Source: Pseudomonadota bacterium
Lineage (GTDB): Bacteria; Pseudomonadota; Gammaproteobacteria; Pseudomonadales; JADFDG01
DNA: 64,000 bases
Direction of reading: 5' to 3'
NCBI GenBank assembly: GCA_049324475.1
Contig: JBMOOO010000011.1
Span: 232,846 to 296,845 of the forward strand
Each line of letters opens with the position of its first letter. Within the stretch, counting starts at the first letter, position 1. The notes beneath the pieces are model-generated. The model saw nothing but the letters and a program-made list of their open reading frames with translations, made no database searches and was not told the DNA's origin. The position numbers and the translations under genes were made by a program. This document shows positions 1-9,117 of the stretch, in pieces.

Positions 1-23
1 GGGCAGGGCTGTGGATAACCTGC

Positions 24-1358
24 TCAGAACGGGTTGCCGACGATCCAGGTTCCCTCGGCGCCCGCGTCCGTGTAGTTCAGCCAGACTGTTCCGACGCCCA
101 GATAGGCCTTGGCTTCCATCAACCTGCGGTTGTCGTAGGGCGTGGTCGGCACGCTGTAGCGGTAGACACCGCCCGTTTCGGTCAGGCAGGCCTGCCAGCC
201 GTCGTTCCAGGCGCCGCTGCGGGCGGTGACCCGCCACTCGTGGGTCCCCGGCTTGCGGCAGGCGAAGGGCCGCAGCTGGCCACACTGGTTGTCGTTGTAG
301 CGGCCGCCCGTCGTGTGTTCGGCACAGTCCTCGGCACCGCCGGCGTCGTTGGGCTCGCCGCTGTTCCAGCTCCACACGGCGGCTTCCAGGCGGCCGTCGA
401 AGGGCGTGAGCTTGTCGAAACCGAGCAGGTTCACGCCGCAGGCGAGCAGCGTCGGCACCACGGCCGGTGTGATCGGCTCGCCGGGGTCACCGAACAGCGC
501 CGACAGGGTGGTGCGATCCTCGTAGTAGCGGACGATGTGGCTGTCGTAAAAGGCGCGCGAGAAGCGTGCGGACTCGCAGTCCGGATAGCCACCGAGTTTC
601 TCCACGCTGCCGGTCGGGAAACCCGACAGCGAATCGCCGATGCCGCCGTAGACCCAGCTGTTGAAACCGTTGCTGCAACCGTCAGTCATCAGCAGCAGTT
701 GCTTGCCGGCGGCGATCACGTCCGCTTTCGAGATGTTCATGGGGATGCCTTCGCAGCCGCCGGACGCCGGGCGGTACACGCGGCTGCCGACCGTGGCCTG
801 CAGTTCGCTGATCGCGGTGCCATACCAGCCGGCATCGATGTGGTCCTCGATGTAGAGGATCACCACCTGGCCGGGATTGGCGGCCAGCCAGTTCGCGAGA
901 TCCTGCAGCCCTTCACGGAAGGTACGGTCATAGCCCGAGCAGCCGGTGTGGTTGTCCTGGCCGTGGCACAGCAGCAGCTTGTTCTTCCACTGCCAGGGCC
1001 AGCCCTGCATGGAGAAGTAGGTATGCACGTCGAACTCCAGCGCACGCACGTCCATGCGCAGCTGGTCGGTGACGGAGCGCGACTGGTTGGGGTCGATGTA
1101 GCGCACGGCGCTGGTCCATACCGAGCTGTTGTAGCTGTTGTGGGTGGCCAGGAAAGTGGCCTGGGCCAGCGGCGTGAAGTGGTCCAGATTGCGTTGCAGA
1201 CCCAGGGCCTTGTGGACCCAGCTGCCCTGGAAGTCGTCGACGTCGCCGGCACGGGCCGGGCCTGCGGGCAGCAGGACAAGGGCGAACAGGACAAGCGCAA
1301 GCAGGGTGGCCGGGAAACGCCGCGGGGTGACAGACAGGGAATGGCTGGTCTGGGGCAT
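24..1358 (-). CDS. secreted PI-PLC-like (PLC X-domain type) phosphodiesterase with C-terminal C-type-lectin-like region
   Basis: ORF 24..1634(-). The internal ATG at 1358 yields a signal peptide, MPQTSH..RRFPATLLALVLFALVLLPAGPARA. 'FLATHNSYN' is a PLC catalytic-type motif. The C-terminus reads 'WSWNSGEPND..EDC..RYNDNQC..PFAC', a CTLD Ca/sugar-site pattern. Confidence 0.6.
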   Translation of the reverse strand: MPQTSHSLSVTPRRFPATLLALVLFALVLLPAGPARAGDVDDFQGSWVHKALGLQRNLDHFTPLAQATFLATHNSYNSSVWTSAVRYIDPNQSRSVTDQLRMDVRALEFDVHTYFSMQGWPWQWKNKLLLCHGQDNHTGCSGYDRTFREGLQDLANWLAANPGQVVILYIEDHIDAGWYGTAISELQATVGSRVYRPASGGCEGIPMNISKADVIAAGKQLLLMTDGCSNGFNSWVYGGIGDSLSGFPTGSVEKLGGYPDCESARFSRAFYDSHIVRYYEDRTTLSALFGDPGEPITPAVVPTLLACGVNLLGFDKLTPFDGRLEAAVWSWNSGEPNDAGGAEDCAEHTTGGRYNDNQCGQLRPFACRKPGTHEWRVTARSGAWNDGWQACLTETGGVYRYSVPTTPYDNRRLMEAKAYLGVGTVWLNYTDAGAEGTWIVGNPF

Positions 1359-1595
1359 GGCAGTGGAGGCTCCGCATCCGGGATTGTTATCTGGTACGTT
1401 CGTACCGATTGCGAAGTAGACAGGAATCCTGCCTGCGTATCCATTGCCGCCGGTCGTATCCGGAAGGACTTCGTAGCCGTCCGGGATCACCCCCTTCCCG
1501 GGGCTGGGCAAAAAACGAACGAATGCGCGGACTTGCAGCAATGCACCGTTGACGCCCCGGGGGGTGCTACCTAGAATGCGCGCCTCCTTCGCTGC

Positions 1596-1671
1596 GTCCC
1601 CTTCGTCTAGTGGCCTAGGACACCGCCCTTTCACGGCGGTAACAGGGGTTCGACTCCCCTAGGGGACGCCA
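1596..1671 (+). tRNA. tRNA-Glu (anticodon UUC)
   Basis: GTCCCCTTCGTCTAGTGGCCTAGGACACCGCCCTTTCACGGCGGTAACAGGGGTTCGACTCCCCTAGGGGACGCCA. It folds as a cloverleaf with anticodon loop CTTTCAC and an encoded CCA. Confidence 0.95.
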
Positions 1672-1759
1672 CTTTTTACTGTGGGTGTCCGCGCAAGAGC
1701 GCGCACACGGTTGCTGCCGGAACCACGCGTTGCGTGGCTCCGGCAGGGCAGTATCCCGG

Positions 1760-1835
<76 letters not shown>

Positions 1836-1861
1836 GTTCTTCCGGCCTCTGCGCCGCATAC

Positions 1862-1889
1862 AAAAAAGCCCGGGAATTCCCGGGCTTTT
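1862..1889. terminator. bidirectional rho-independent terminator between the tRNA pair and the convergent peroxidase gene
   Basis: AAAAAAGCCCGGGAATTCCCGGGCTTTT: a perfect GC-rich palindromic stem flanked by an A-run on one side and a T-run on the other. Confidence 0.8.
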
Positions 1890-1913
1890 CTGTTTTCACG
1901 GTTGCATGGCCGC

Positions 1914-4673
1914 TTACTTGTCCTCCACGCGCTGGTGCTTGAAGAACACACCGGTGTCGCCGAACTTCGAGGTCACGAACGGAGAGGTCAGCACCATCTC
2001 GCCGATCTTTTTCGCGCCAGCGCGGCGCTGTGCGGCGTAGCTGTCGTTGATCGACGGGATGATCGAGGTCTTGATCTCGGCAGTGGTGGCGTACACGTCA
2101 TACACCTTCGTGCCGGCCGAGAGCGTGACCAGATCGTTACGGAAGTCGTGCGGCGCCGAGGCGAAACGGGTCTTCACGGCGGCGGTAGGCACGAACCAGA
2201 TCTGTGTCGGCGATTTCACCGTGGCCGGTTTGGTGCCGTCCTGGCGCACTTCCGCCATGTCATCCACACGCAACTGGGTCGGTTTGGTGGTGACCAGCGA
2301 GAAGATCAGGCTGGTGCCCAGCGACTCGTTCACTTCCTGCTTCACGTACTGTGACAGTTCGTTGGCAAAGAAGTTGTGGTTGCTGCCCTGGCCGGTGAGC
2401 GTGTAGAGCGCCGATACGTTCTCCGATGGTTTGCCGTTCACGAACGCTTTCCAGGCCAGGCCCGGTGCGAAGCCGCGGTCGGCCGGATCGCCGGTCACGG
2501 AGAGCCGCAGCAGGCCGCACTGGGCGCCACTGAACAGGCCCGTGTAGCCGTTGTTGGCGACCGGGACGAACGAGGCCTTTGCCATGGCGCCGTACGGGTG
2601 CAGCGGTTTTTCATAGCCGGGCGGTGCAACGTCGGTGCGATCCTGCACTTTCTTCCACAGGATCGAATCGATCAGGCCGAGCACGTCGATCTTCTTCAGC
2701 GCCGGCAGCGTGCCCGGGGCATAGGTGGTGCGCAGCGCCCCGTTGACCCACAGGTGATCCTGCTTGGCGCATCCGCTCCAGGACTCGTAGTCGGCCGGAA
2801 TGTTCAGGCCCCAGGGCTTGAACGCGTTCTCGACACCGACCAGCGTGCTGTTCAGCTGCGGGAAATGACGACGAAGCACGTCGACCATGGTGTTGTTTTC
2901 CACCCAGTCGATGCCTTCGGCCGTGTATACCGCCGGCGTGTAGTCCTTCGTGTAGAAGCGGTCGGTCATCAGGCGGCGCGAGGCGTTCATGATGAAGATC
3001 TGGAACGCGGTCTCGCCGAAGCCGAAGCCTTCCGGGCGTACCGTTTCCGCCAGCTGGCCGACCAGGGCATCGATCCTTTCGATGTCGTTGTTGTACAGGC
3101 GCTTGAGCTGGGCAAGGATGGCCGGGTCCGTAGTGAGATCCTCGAACTTCGTGATCGGGTTGAGACCGATCTGGCGGCGGAACTCGTTGTATCGCGGCAC
3201 GCCGCGCTCGCGGTCGCGCAGGATGTCGATGGTGGCCAGGTCGATCTTGCCGGCTACCGGCACCTGCAGGTTGCGCAGGAACTGCGGATAGTTCTTCAGG
3301 GTCAGGGCACCGGGGTTGGTGATGCCGAAGGAGTACCACAGGCGCTCCGGACGCTCTTCATCCAGGATGTGTTCGGCGTCGCCGTCACGGGTGTTCTGGA
3401 TGGGAATGCTGTTCGACACCACGTTCGAGCCGATGTTGTAGACGTTCACCGTGTCGCGCATCAGCGGGTGCATGCGATACACGGCCACGAATTCCTCGGT
3501 GAGTGTGTAGGGCACGCCGTAGTTGTTCGGCGCGGCCGATCCGACAATGCCGCCCAGGGCATGGTCGATCGACGAATTGCCGCTGACGCCGCCCGACAGG
3601 TTCGGGTCGAAGCCGAGCAGCATGCGCACGAAGGAATCGGTTTTCGCCAGATCGGCCATCAGGCCTTCCACTTCCGCCTGGTACTTGTCACGGCCTTCGC
3701 GGGTGCCCGTGAGGCCCCACCAGTTGGCGTACATGGCGCGCTCGGTGACCGGGTTTGCGATGATGGCCGGAGTCCATTCCACGGTGTGGATCTTGGCCAT
3801 GAGTGCGGCGTTGATCAGGCGTGCGTGGTCATACAGCCACTGGTCGCTCTTGCCCGGATATTTCTGCTTGAGCATGGTGGCGATGGCGTTGTGCTCCAGC
3901 GTGAACAGCTGGTGCATCATGCTCAGGCCCACCCACCAGTTGTCGCTGAAGCCGGTGACCGGCACGCCGCTGAAGAAGTCGGTCGGCAGGGTGCCGTCGC
4001 CATCCACTTTCAGTTTGCCGTCGACGAAGGAACGCACCTTGTCATTGGTGGTCTTGCTGCTGCCGTAGAGCTGCGAGCCATCCCACCAGTGCGTGTTCAC
4101 GTTGCGGTAGGTGGCCGGCTGGCCGGCTTCGGCGCCGGTACGGGTCGGATCGGGCTGGGTGCGCTGCACCTGCAGGAAGCCGGTGCCGAAGCTGTCTCCG
4201 GCCGGCAGCGGCACCTGGATCGGATTGCCGGTGGTGTTCGGCCCGTGGCTGACCCAGTCATGGATCATGAACTGGATCCAGGATGCCGCGATGAAGTTGA
4301 GACTGCTGGCCGGCTTGAACGTGTCGCGGCCCATCAGTGAGTTGGACACATCTCGCGGGTTTGGCTGGAGCAGGGTGTCGGCTTCGGTTTCGCCGTAGGT
4401 GGCATCGCGCTGTACGTTGCGACCGAAGCGCATGTACACGGAACCTTCCGCGGGGTTGTCGAGGATGTTGCAGGTGCCGTCCTCGGTTCGGGCGGTCAGG
4501 CTGCGCTGGTCACAGGTGATGTTGCCGTTGTGCCGGCTGTAATCCTCGACGTCGATCAGGTTGTTTTCGAACAGTTTTTCGCGCTCGGCGGCCAGGGTCA
4601 GCAACCCCGCCAGCACGCCCAGCGTCCCCAGTTTCGTCCACGCGGGCCAGGTGACCCAGACTGAACCAGCCAT
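1914..4673 (-). CDS. membrane-anchored animal-haem-peroxidase family protein, fatty-acid alpha-dioxygenase-like, with a roughly 300-aa C-terminal extension
   Basis: ORF 1914..4748(-). ATG at 4673 is preceded by GGAGAG. N-terminal hydrophobic anchor 'LGTLGVLAGLLTLAA'. Distal-His motif 'AASWIQFMIHDW' and Tyr/His motif 'TEEFVAVYRMHPL', as in plant alpha-DOX. The C-terminal domain is discussed in findings. Confidence 0.8.
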   Translation of the reverse strand: MAGSVWVTWPAWTKLGTLGVLAGLLTLAAEREKLFENNLIDVEDYSRHNGNITCDQRSLTARTEDGTCNILDNPAEGSVYMRFGRNVQRDATYGETEADTLLQPNPRDVSNSLMGRDTFKPASSLNFIAASWIQFMIHDWVSHGPNTTGNPIQVPLPAGDSFGTGFLQVQRTQPDPTRTGAEAGQPATYRNVNTHWWDGSQLYGSSKTTNDKVRSFVDGKLKVDGDGTLPTDFFSGVPVTGFSDNWWVGLSMMHQLFTLEHNAIATMLKQKYPGKSDQWLYDHARLINAALMAKIHTVEWTPAIIANPVTERAMYANWWGLTGTREGRDKYQAEVEGLMADLAKTDSFVRMLLGFDPNLSGGVSGNSSIDHALGGIVGSAAPNNYGVPYTLTEEFVAVYRMHPLMRDTVNVYNIGSNVVSNSIPIQNTRDGDAEHILDEERPERLWYSFGITNPGALTLKNYPQFLRNLQVPVAGKIDLATIDILRDRERGVPRYNEFRRQIGLNPITKFEDLTTDPAILAQLKRLYNNDIERIDALVGQLAETVRPEGFGFGETAFQIFIMNASRRLMTDRFYTKDYTPAVYTAEGIDWVENNTMVDVLRRHFPQLNSTLVGVENAFKPWGLNIPADYESWSGCAKQDHLWVNGALRTTYAPGTLPALKKIDVLGLIDSILWKKVQDRTDVAPPGYEKPLHPYGAMAKASFVPVANNGYTGLFSGAQCGLLRLSVTGDPADRGFAPGLAWKAFVNGKPSENVSALYTLTGQGSNHNFFANELSQYVKQEVNESLGTSLIFSLVTTKPTQLRVDDMAEVRQDGTKPATVKSPTQIWFVPTAAVKTRFASAPHDFRNDLVTLSAGTKVYDVYATTAEIKTSIIPSINDSYAAQRRAGAKKIGEMVLTSPFVTSKFGDTGVFFKHQRVEDK

Positions 4674-5012
4674 GTTCTTCTCTCCGGAAGTTGTTTTTTT
4701 GTGGCCACGAGGAAAGGCGGGAGGAGACGGACTCCCGCGCAACTGCACCGGCGGCGGGCGGAATGTAGGCGGGGAGGGGTGTCCGGCACCCCTCCTCCGG
4801 CAGGGGGACCGGAAATGACCCGGCGTTCACCTCAGGTCAGTGGCCTGCGGGGCCGGCGGAGGCGGCCGCCGCTCAGGCCGTGCGGGAATCCCGCTATACT
4901 GGCGCGCCTTGCCGGGGGTCCCCTGCCGGGGTCTGTTGCCCGGCCGGCCCGGCCCATCCGCCCAACCTGGACATTGCCCCGCCCGTGAGGGTCGGGATCA
5001 GGAGATTTTCCT

Positions 5013-6230
5013 TTGGAAACCGCGAGTTCCGCCCAACGCGTGCTGTCGGGAATGCGTCCGACCGGCCGTTTGCACCTGGGCCATTTCCACGGGGTCCTGA
5101 AGAACTGGGTCGAACTCCAGGGCCGGCACGACTGCTTCTTCTTCGTGGCCGACTGGCACGCCCTCACCACCCACTATGACGACCCGTCCGAACTGGGCCG
5201 GCATGTGTTCGACATGGTGGTGGACTGGCTGGCAGCCGGGGTCGATCCGGAACGGGCCACGCTGTTCGTGCAGTCGCAGGTGCCGGCCCATGCCGAGCTG
5301 CACCTGCTGCTGTCCATGATCACGCCGCTGGGGTGGCTGGAACGCGTACCGACCTACAAGGACCAGCAGGAAAAGCTGAAGGAAAAGGACCTCGCCACCT
5401 ATGGCTTCCTCGGTTACCCGCTGCTGCAGAGTGCCGACATCCTGGTGTACCGGGCCGGCCTGGTGCCGGTGGGCGCCGACCAGGTTGCCCATGTCGAGAT
5501 CACCCGCGAGGTCGCGCGCCGCTTCAATCACATGTACGGACGCGAGCCCGGTTTTGCCGAGAAGGTGATTGCCGCCATCGAGAAGCTGGGCAAGAAGCCG
5601 GCGAAGGTGTTTGTCGAGCAGCGCCGGGCCTGGCAGGAAAAGGGTGATGCGGCTGCCCGCGATGCGGCCCGGGAACTGGTTGCCGGCAACGGCAACATCG
5701 GTGCGACGGATCGTGAACGCCTGCTGGGCGATCTGGACGGCAGCGGCAAGATCATCCTGCCGGAGCCGCAGGCCCTGCTGACGCCGGAATCGAAAATGCC
5801 CGGCCTGGACGGGCAGAAGATGTCCAAGTCCTACGGCAACGCCATCGCCCTGCGTGAAGAGCCGGCCGACGTGGAAACGAAGCTGCGCCGCATGCCGACC
5901 GACCCGGCCCGGGTGCGCCGCACCGATGTCGGTAATCCTGACCGCTGTCCGGTCTGGCAACTGCATGAGGTTTATTCCGGCGCGGATGTGAAGCAGTGGG
6001 TACGCCAGGGCTGCACTACCGCCGGCATCGGCTGCCTGGAATGCAAGCAACCGGTCATCGACGCGGTGAACCGGGAGCTGGCGCCCATGCGCGAACGCGC
6101 GCAGCATTTCGCGGCCCGGCCAGAGCTGGTGCGGGACGTGCTGGCCAACGGCCGCGACCGGGCCCGCGCCGCGGCCGAAAGTACCCTGGCCGAAGTCCGC
6201 GAGGCCATGGGCCTGGCGTACCGAAACTGA
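5013..6230 (+). CDS. trpS: tryptophan--tRNA ligase
   Basis: 'RVLSGMRPTGRLHLGH' (HIGH-type) and 'KMSKS' motifs. TTG start at 5013 lies 8 nt after AGGAG (5000-5004). This is a long form with an insertion before KMSKS. Confidence 0.9.
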   Translation: METASSAQRVLSGMRPTGRLHLGHFHGVLKNWVELQGRHDCFFFVADWHALTTHYDDPSELGRHVFDMVVDWLAAGVDPERATLFVQSQVPAHAELHLLLSMITPLGWLERVPTYKDQQEKLKEKDLATYGFLGYPLLQSADILVYRAGLVPVGADQVAHVEITREVARRFNHMYGREPGFAEKVIAAIEKLGKKPAKVFVEQRRAWQEKGDAAARDAARELVAGNGNIGATDRERLLGDLDGSGKIILPEPQALLTPESKMPGLDGQKMSKSYGNAIALREEPADVETKLRRMPTDPARVRRTDVGNPDRCPVWQLHEVYSGADVKQWVRQGCTTAGIGCLECKQPVIDAVNRELAPMRERAQHFAARPELVRDVLANGRDRARAAAESTLAEVREAMGLAYRN

Positions 6231-6246
6231 GTCCGGAATTGTCGTG

Positions 6247-7233
6247 ATGACAAACATGGAACCCGTCAACGCCGTACCCGACACCGGAACCGATCCCGGT
6301 ACGGCTGCGGCCGACAGTGCACCGCGTCTGATCGCGCTGCGGCAACAGTCGCCGCAGCAGGAGGAGATGCCGTTTGCGCTGGTGCAGGGCCAGGTCATCA
6401 CCAAGCTGCCGGATGATCTCTACATCCCGCCGGATGCGCTGGAAGTTTTCCTGGAAGCGTTCGAAGGGCCGCTCGACCTGTTGTTGTACCTGATCCGCAA
6501 ACAGAACCTCGACATCCTTGATATCCCGGTTGCCGAGATCACCCGGCAGTACATGGAGTACGTCGAGTTGATGAAGGCTGTGCGGTTCGAGCTGGCGGCC
6601 GAGTATCTGGTGATGGCGGCGATGCTGGGCGAGATCAAGTCCCGCCTGCTGCTGCCGCGCCCGAAAACGGAAGAGGGCGAGGAAGTCGATCCGCGTGCCG
6701 AACTGGTACGTCGTCTGCAGGAATACGAGCGTTTCAAGAAGGCTGCGGAGGATATCGACGCGCTGCCGCGGCTGGAACGCGACATTTTCACGGCCCGCGC
6801 CTACCGCCCCGATTACGTGCGTGAACGTCCGCTGCCGGAGGTCGACCTGCGGGAAATGCTGCTGTCGCTGAAGGATGTGTTCCAGCGGGCGGAAATGTTC
6901 GAGCACCATCATATCTCGCGTGAGAAGCTGTCCACGCGGGAGCGCATGGCCATGGTTCTGGAATCGTTGCAGAACCGCGAGTTTGTGCCCTTCGTGTCGC
7001 TGTTCAATGCGGAGGAAGGCCGACTGGGTGTGGTGGTGACCTTCATTGCCATCCTGGAGCTGGTCAAGAACCAGCTGATCGAGTTGCTGCAGACCGAGGC
7101 CTTCGCCTCGATCCACGTGCGTGCGCGTGCCGCGGTGCTGGATGAAAGTATCCAGGTCGATGAATACGAAAGCCGGGCGGCGGAGCCGGAACAGCAGGAC
7201 GCCGGCGGTGACACAGGAGACAACCATGGCTGA
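6247..7233 (+). CDS. scpA: segregation and condensation protein A
   Basis: 'GPLDLLLYLIRKQNLDILDIPVAEIT' kleisin signature. Start is ATG 6247 (in-frame GTG 6244 is the alternative). Confidence 0.9.
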   Translation: MTNMEPVNAVPDTGTDPGTAAADSAPRLIALRQQSPQQEEMPFALVQGQVITKLPDDLYIPPDALEVFLEAFEGPLDLLLYLIRKQNLDILDIPVAEITRQYMEYVELMKAVRFELAAEYLVMAAMLGEIKSRLLLPRPKTEEGEEVDPRAELVRRLQEYERFKKAAEDIDALPRLERDIFTARAYRPDYVRERPLPEVDLREMLLSLKDVFQRAEMFEHHHISREKLSTRERMAMVLESLQNREFVPFVSLFNAEEGRLGVVVTFIAILELVKNQLIELLQTEAFASIHVRARAAVLDESIQVDEYESRAAEPEQQDAGGDTGDNHG

Positions 7234-8131
7234 TGTGCAGGACGACGTGGTTCCGGACGTGCCGGAAACCGCCGGCGAGACGACCCGTGAACAGGATGTC
7301 GCCGATCTTGCGGAGCGCGTGGAGGCTGCGGTGCAGCGGCCGGCCCCGGATCGCGCCACTATCAAGCGCATTCTGGAAGGCGCGCTGCTGGCATCCGGGG
7401 AAACGCTCAATATCGCCCGTTTCGGTTCGCTGTTCGAGGATTACGAGCGCCCGGACGAAGCGACCATGCGCGAGCTGCTGGCAGAGATCGCCGGCGAATA
7501 TGAAGGTCGTGGCATCGAACTGAAGGAAGTGGCCAGCGGTTTTCGCATCCAGGTTTGCAAGGATCTGGGGCACTGGGTCAGCCGGCTGTGGACGGAAAAG
7601 CCGCCGCGCTATTCGCGAGCCTTGCTGGAAACCATGGCGCTCATCGCCTATCGCCAGCCGATCACACGTGGCGAGATCGAGGATATCCGTGGTGTCACCG
7701 TCAGTACCGAGATGGTGAAGTCGCTGATGGAGCGCGACTGGATCCGTGTGGTGGGTCACCGCGATGTGCCGGGCCGTCCGGCACTGTACGCCACCACCCA
7801 CGATTTTCTGGACTACTTCAACCTCAAGAGCCTGGACGAGCTGCCAACGCTGTCGGAAATCCGCGATCTCGACAAGGTCAACCAGGAGTTACAGCTCGAT
7901 GCGGCGCCGGCTGCCGCGGTGCTGGCCAGCGAGAAAGCCGCGCGCGCCGATGCCGAGGCGGGCGATGCGCCGGTGCAGTACATCATCGGCGAGCAGGAAG
8001 AGGATGATCCTGACCTGAAGATGGATATGGACCAGGTCGACGAAGTGCTGCGTCGCGTAGAGGACAGTTTCCGGCGCAAGAACGATGATGATGCGGCGGC
8101 AGAGCCGCCGCCTGAATCTCCGGCGCAATAA
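7226..8131 (+). CDS. scpB: segregation and condensation protein B
   Basis: ATG 7226 follows AGGAGA (7215-7220). 'ETMALIAYRQPITRGEIEDIRGV' ScpB motif. Overlaps scpA by 8 nt. The ORF-track N-terminus (7121) is out of context. Confidence 0.9.
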   Translation: MADVQDDVVPDVPETAGETTREQDVADLAERVEAAVQRPAPDRATIKRILEGALLASGETLNIARFGSLFEDYERPDEATMRELLAEIAGEYEGRGIELKEVASGFRIQVCKDLGHWVSRLWTEKPPRYSRALLETMALIAYRQPITRGEIEDIRGVTVSTEMVKSLMERDWIRVVGHRDVPGRPALYATTHDFLDYFNLKSLDELPTLSEIRDLDKVNQELQLDAAPAAAVLASEKAARADAEAGDAPVQYIIGEQEEDDPDLKMDMDQVDEVLRRVEDSFRRKNDDDAAAEPPPESPAQ

Positions 8132-9090
8132 TGACGGCCGCTGCAGCGCTGACGGAGAAGCTGCAGAAGGTACTGGCGCGGGCGGGGCTTGCGTCGCGCA
8201 GGATTGCGGAGGAATGGATTGCCGCCGGGCGGGTGACGGTGAACGGCAGGATTGCCACGCTGGGCGAGCGTATCGCTGCCGACGATGAAGTTCGTGTCGA
8301 CGGCCGGCGCATAGAGGTGGCAACCGGGGACGAAATGGAACGGCAGGTCATTGCATACCACAAGCAGGAAGGCGAGGTTGTTTCGCGCAACGACCCGGAA
8401 GGGCGTCCCAGCGTGTTCGACCAGCTGCCGGCTCTGCGCGGCCAGCGCTGGGTCAGCGTCGGCCGGCTGGACCTGCATACGTCCGGTCTGCTGTTGCTGA
8501 CCAATGACGGTGAGCTTGCCAACCGGCTCATGCACCCGTCCACGGCGGTGGAGCGGGAGTTTGCTGTGCGCATCGAGGGTGAATTGTCGGCGGAGAAGAA
8601 ACGCGTCCTGCTGGATGGCGTGATGCTGGATGACGGCCTGTCGAAATTCCTCGCGATCACCGATGCCGGCAGCCAGGGCACCGGCCACTGGTACCGCTGC
8701 AGCCTGGTTGGCGGGAAATTCCGGGAAGTACGCCGCCTGTGGGAATCGCAGGGTTATGTCGTTGGTCGCCTGGTCAGGATCCGGTTCGGCAGCTTTTCCA
8801 TGCCATCCACCCTGCGCCAGGGCCACTGGCTGGAGCTGTCCGGCGATGACATCGCCAGACTCGAGCAGCTTTGCCGTTTGCCGCCGAAAAAACACACGGG
8901 CCTGTACGGCCGTTCCCGGCGTCTTTCCGATCGCCAGGAGCGTGGTGCCCGCGAGGCTTCCGGCCAGCGCCGTGACGATGACGACGATATCGATGGCAAT
9001 CGCATGGACGGTGGTCGTCATGAGGGCAATCGTGCCGGCGGCGGCGAGCGCCCGCGCAGCAAGGGCGGCTATTTGCGCGGCCGTCGCTGA
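8131..9090 (+). CDS. rluB: 23S rRNA pseudouridine synthase B
   Basis: S4 domain 'LQKVLARAGLASRR', catalytic 'VGRLDLHTSGLLLLTNDGEL', and an Arg/Gly/Asp-rich tail. The start codon shares one base with the scpB stop. Confidence 0.9.
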   Translation: MTAAAALTEKLQKVLARAGLASRRIAEEWIAAGRVTVNGRIATLGERIAADDEVRVDGRRIEVATGDEMERQVIAYHKQEGEVVSRNDPEGRPSVFDQLPALRGQRWVSVGRLDLHTSGLLLLTNDGELANRLMHPSTAVEREFAVRIEGELSAEKKRVLLDGVMLDDGLSKFLAITDAGSQGTGHWYRCSLVGGKFREVRRLWESQGYVVGRLVRIRFGSFSMPSTLRQGHWLELSGDDIARLEQLCRLPPKKHTGLYGRSRRLSDRQERGAREASGQRRDDDDDIDGNRMDGGRHEGNRAGGGERPRSKGGYLRGRR

Positions 9091-9117
9091 AACACTGCAG
9101 GACACAGGGGCCCGGTC

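Noticed and set aside
4773-4795. A perfect 9-bp GC-rich inverted repeat (GGAGGGGTG-tccgg-CACCCCTCC) about 100 nt upstream of the peroxidase gene, in the divergent intergenic region with trpS.
   Set aside because: It could be an operator or an RNA hairpin, but there is no second copy or adjacent regulator gene to support a call.
4674-5012. A T-box, attenuator or leader peptide upstream of trpS, and a Phe-rich leader upstream of pheA (17690-17696).
   Set aside because: No specifier or T-box-like conserved stem is recognisable, and no Trp- or Phe-rich mini-ORF is present. pheA is only 7 nt from serC.
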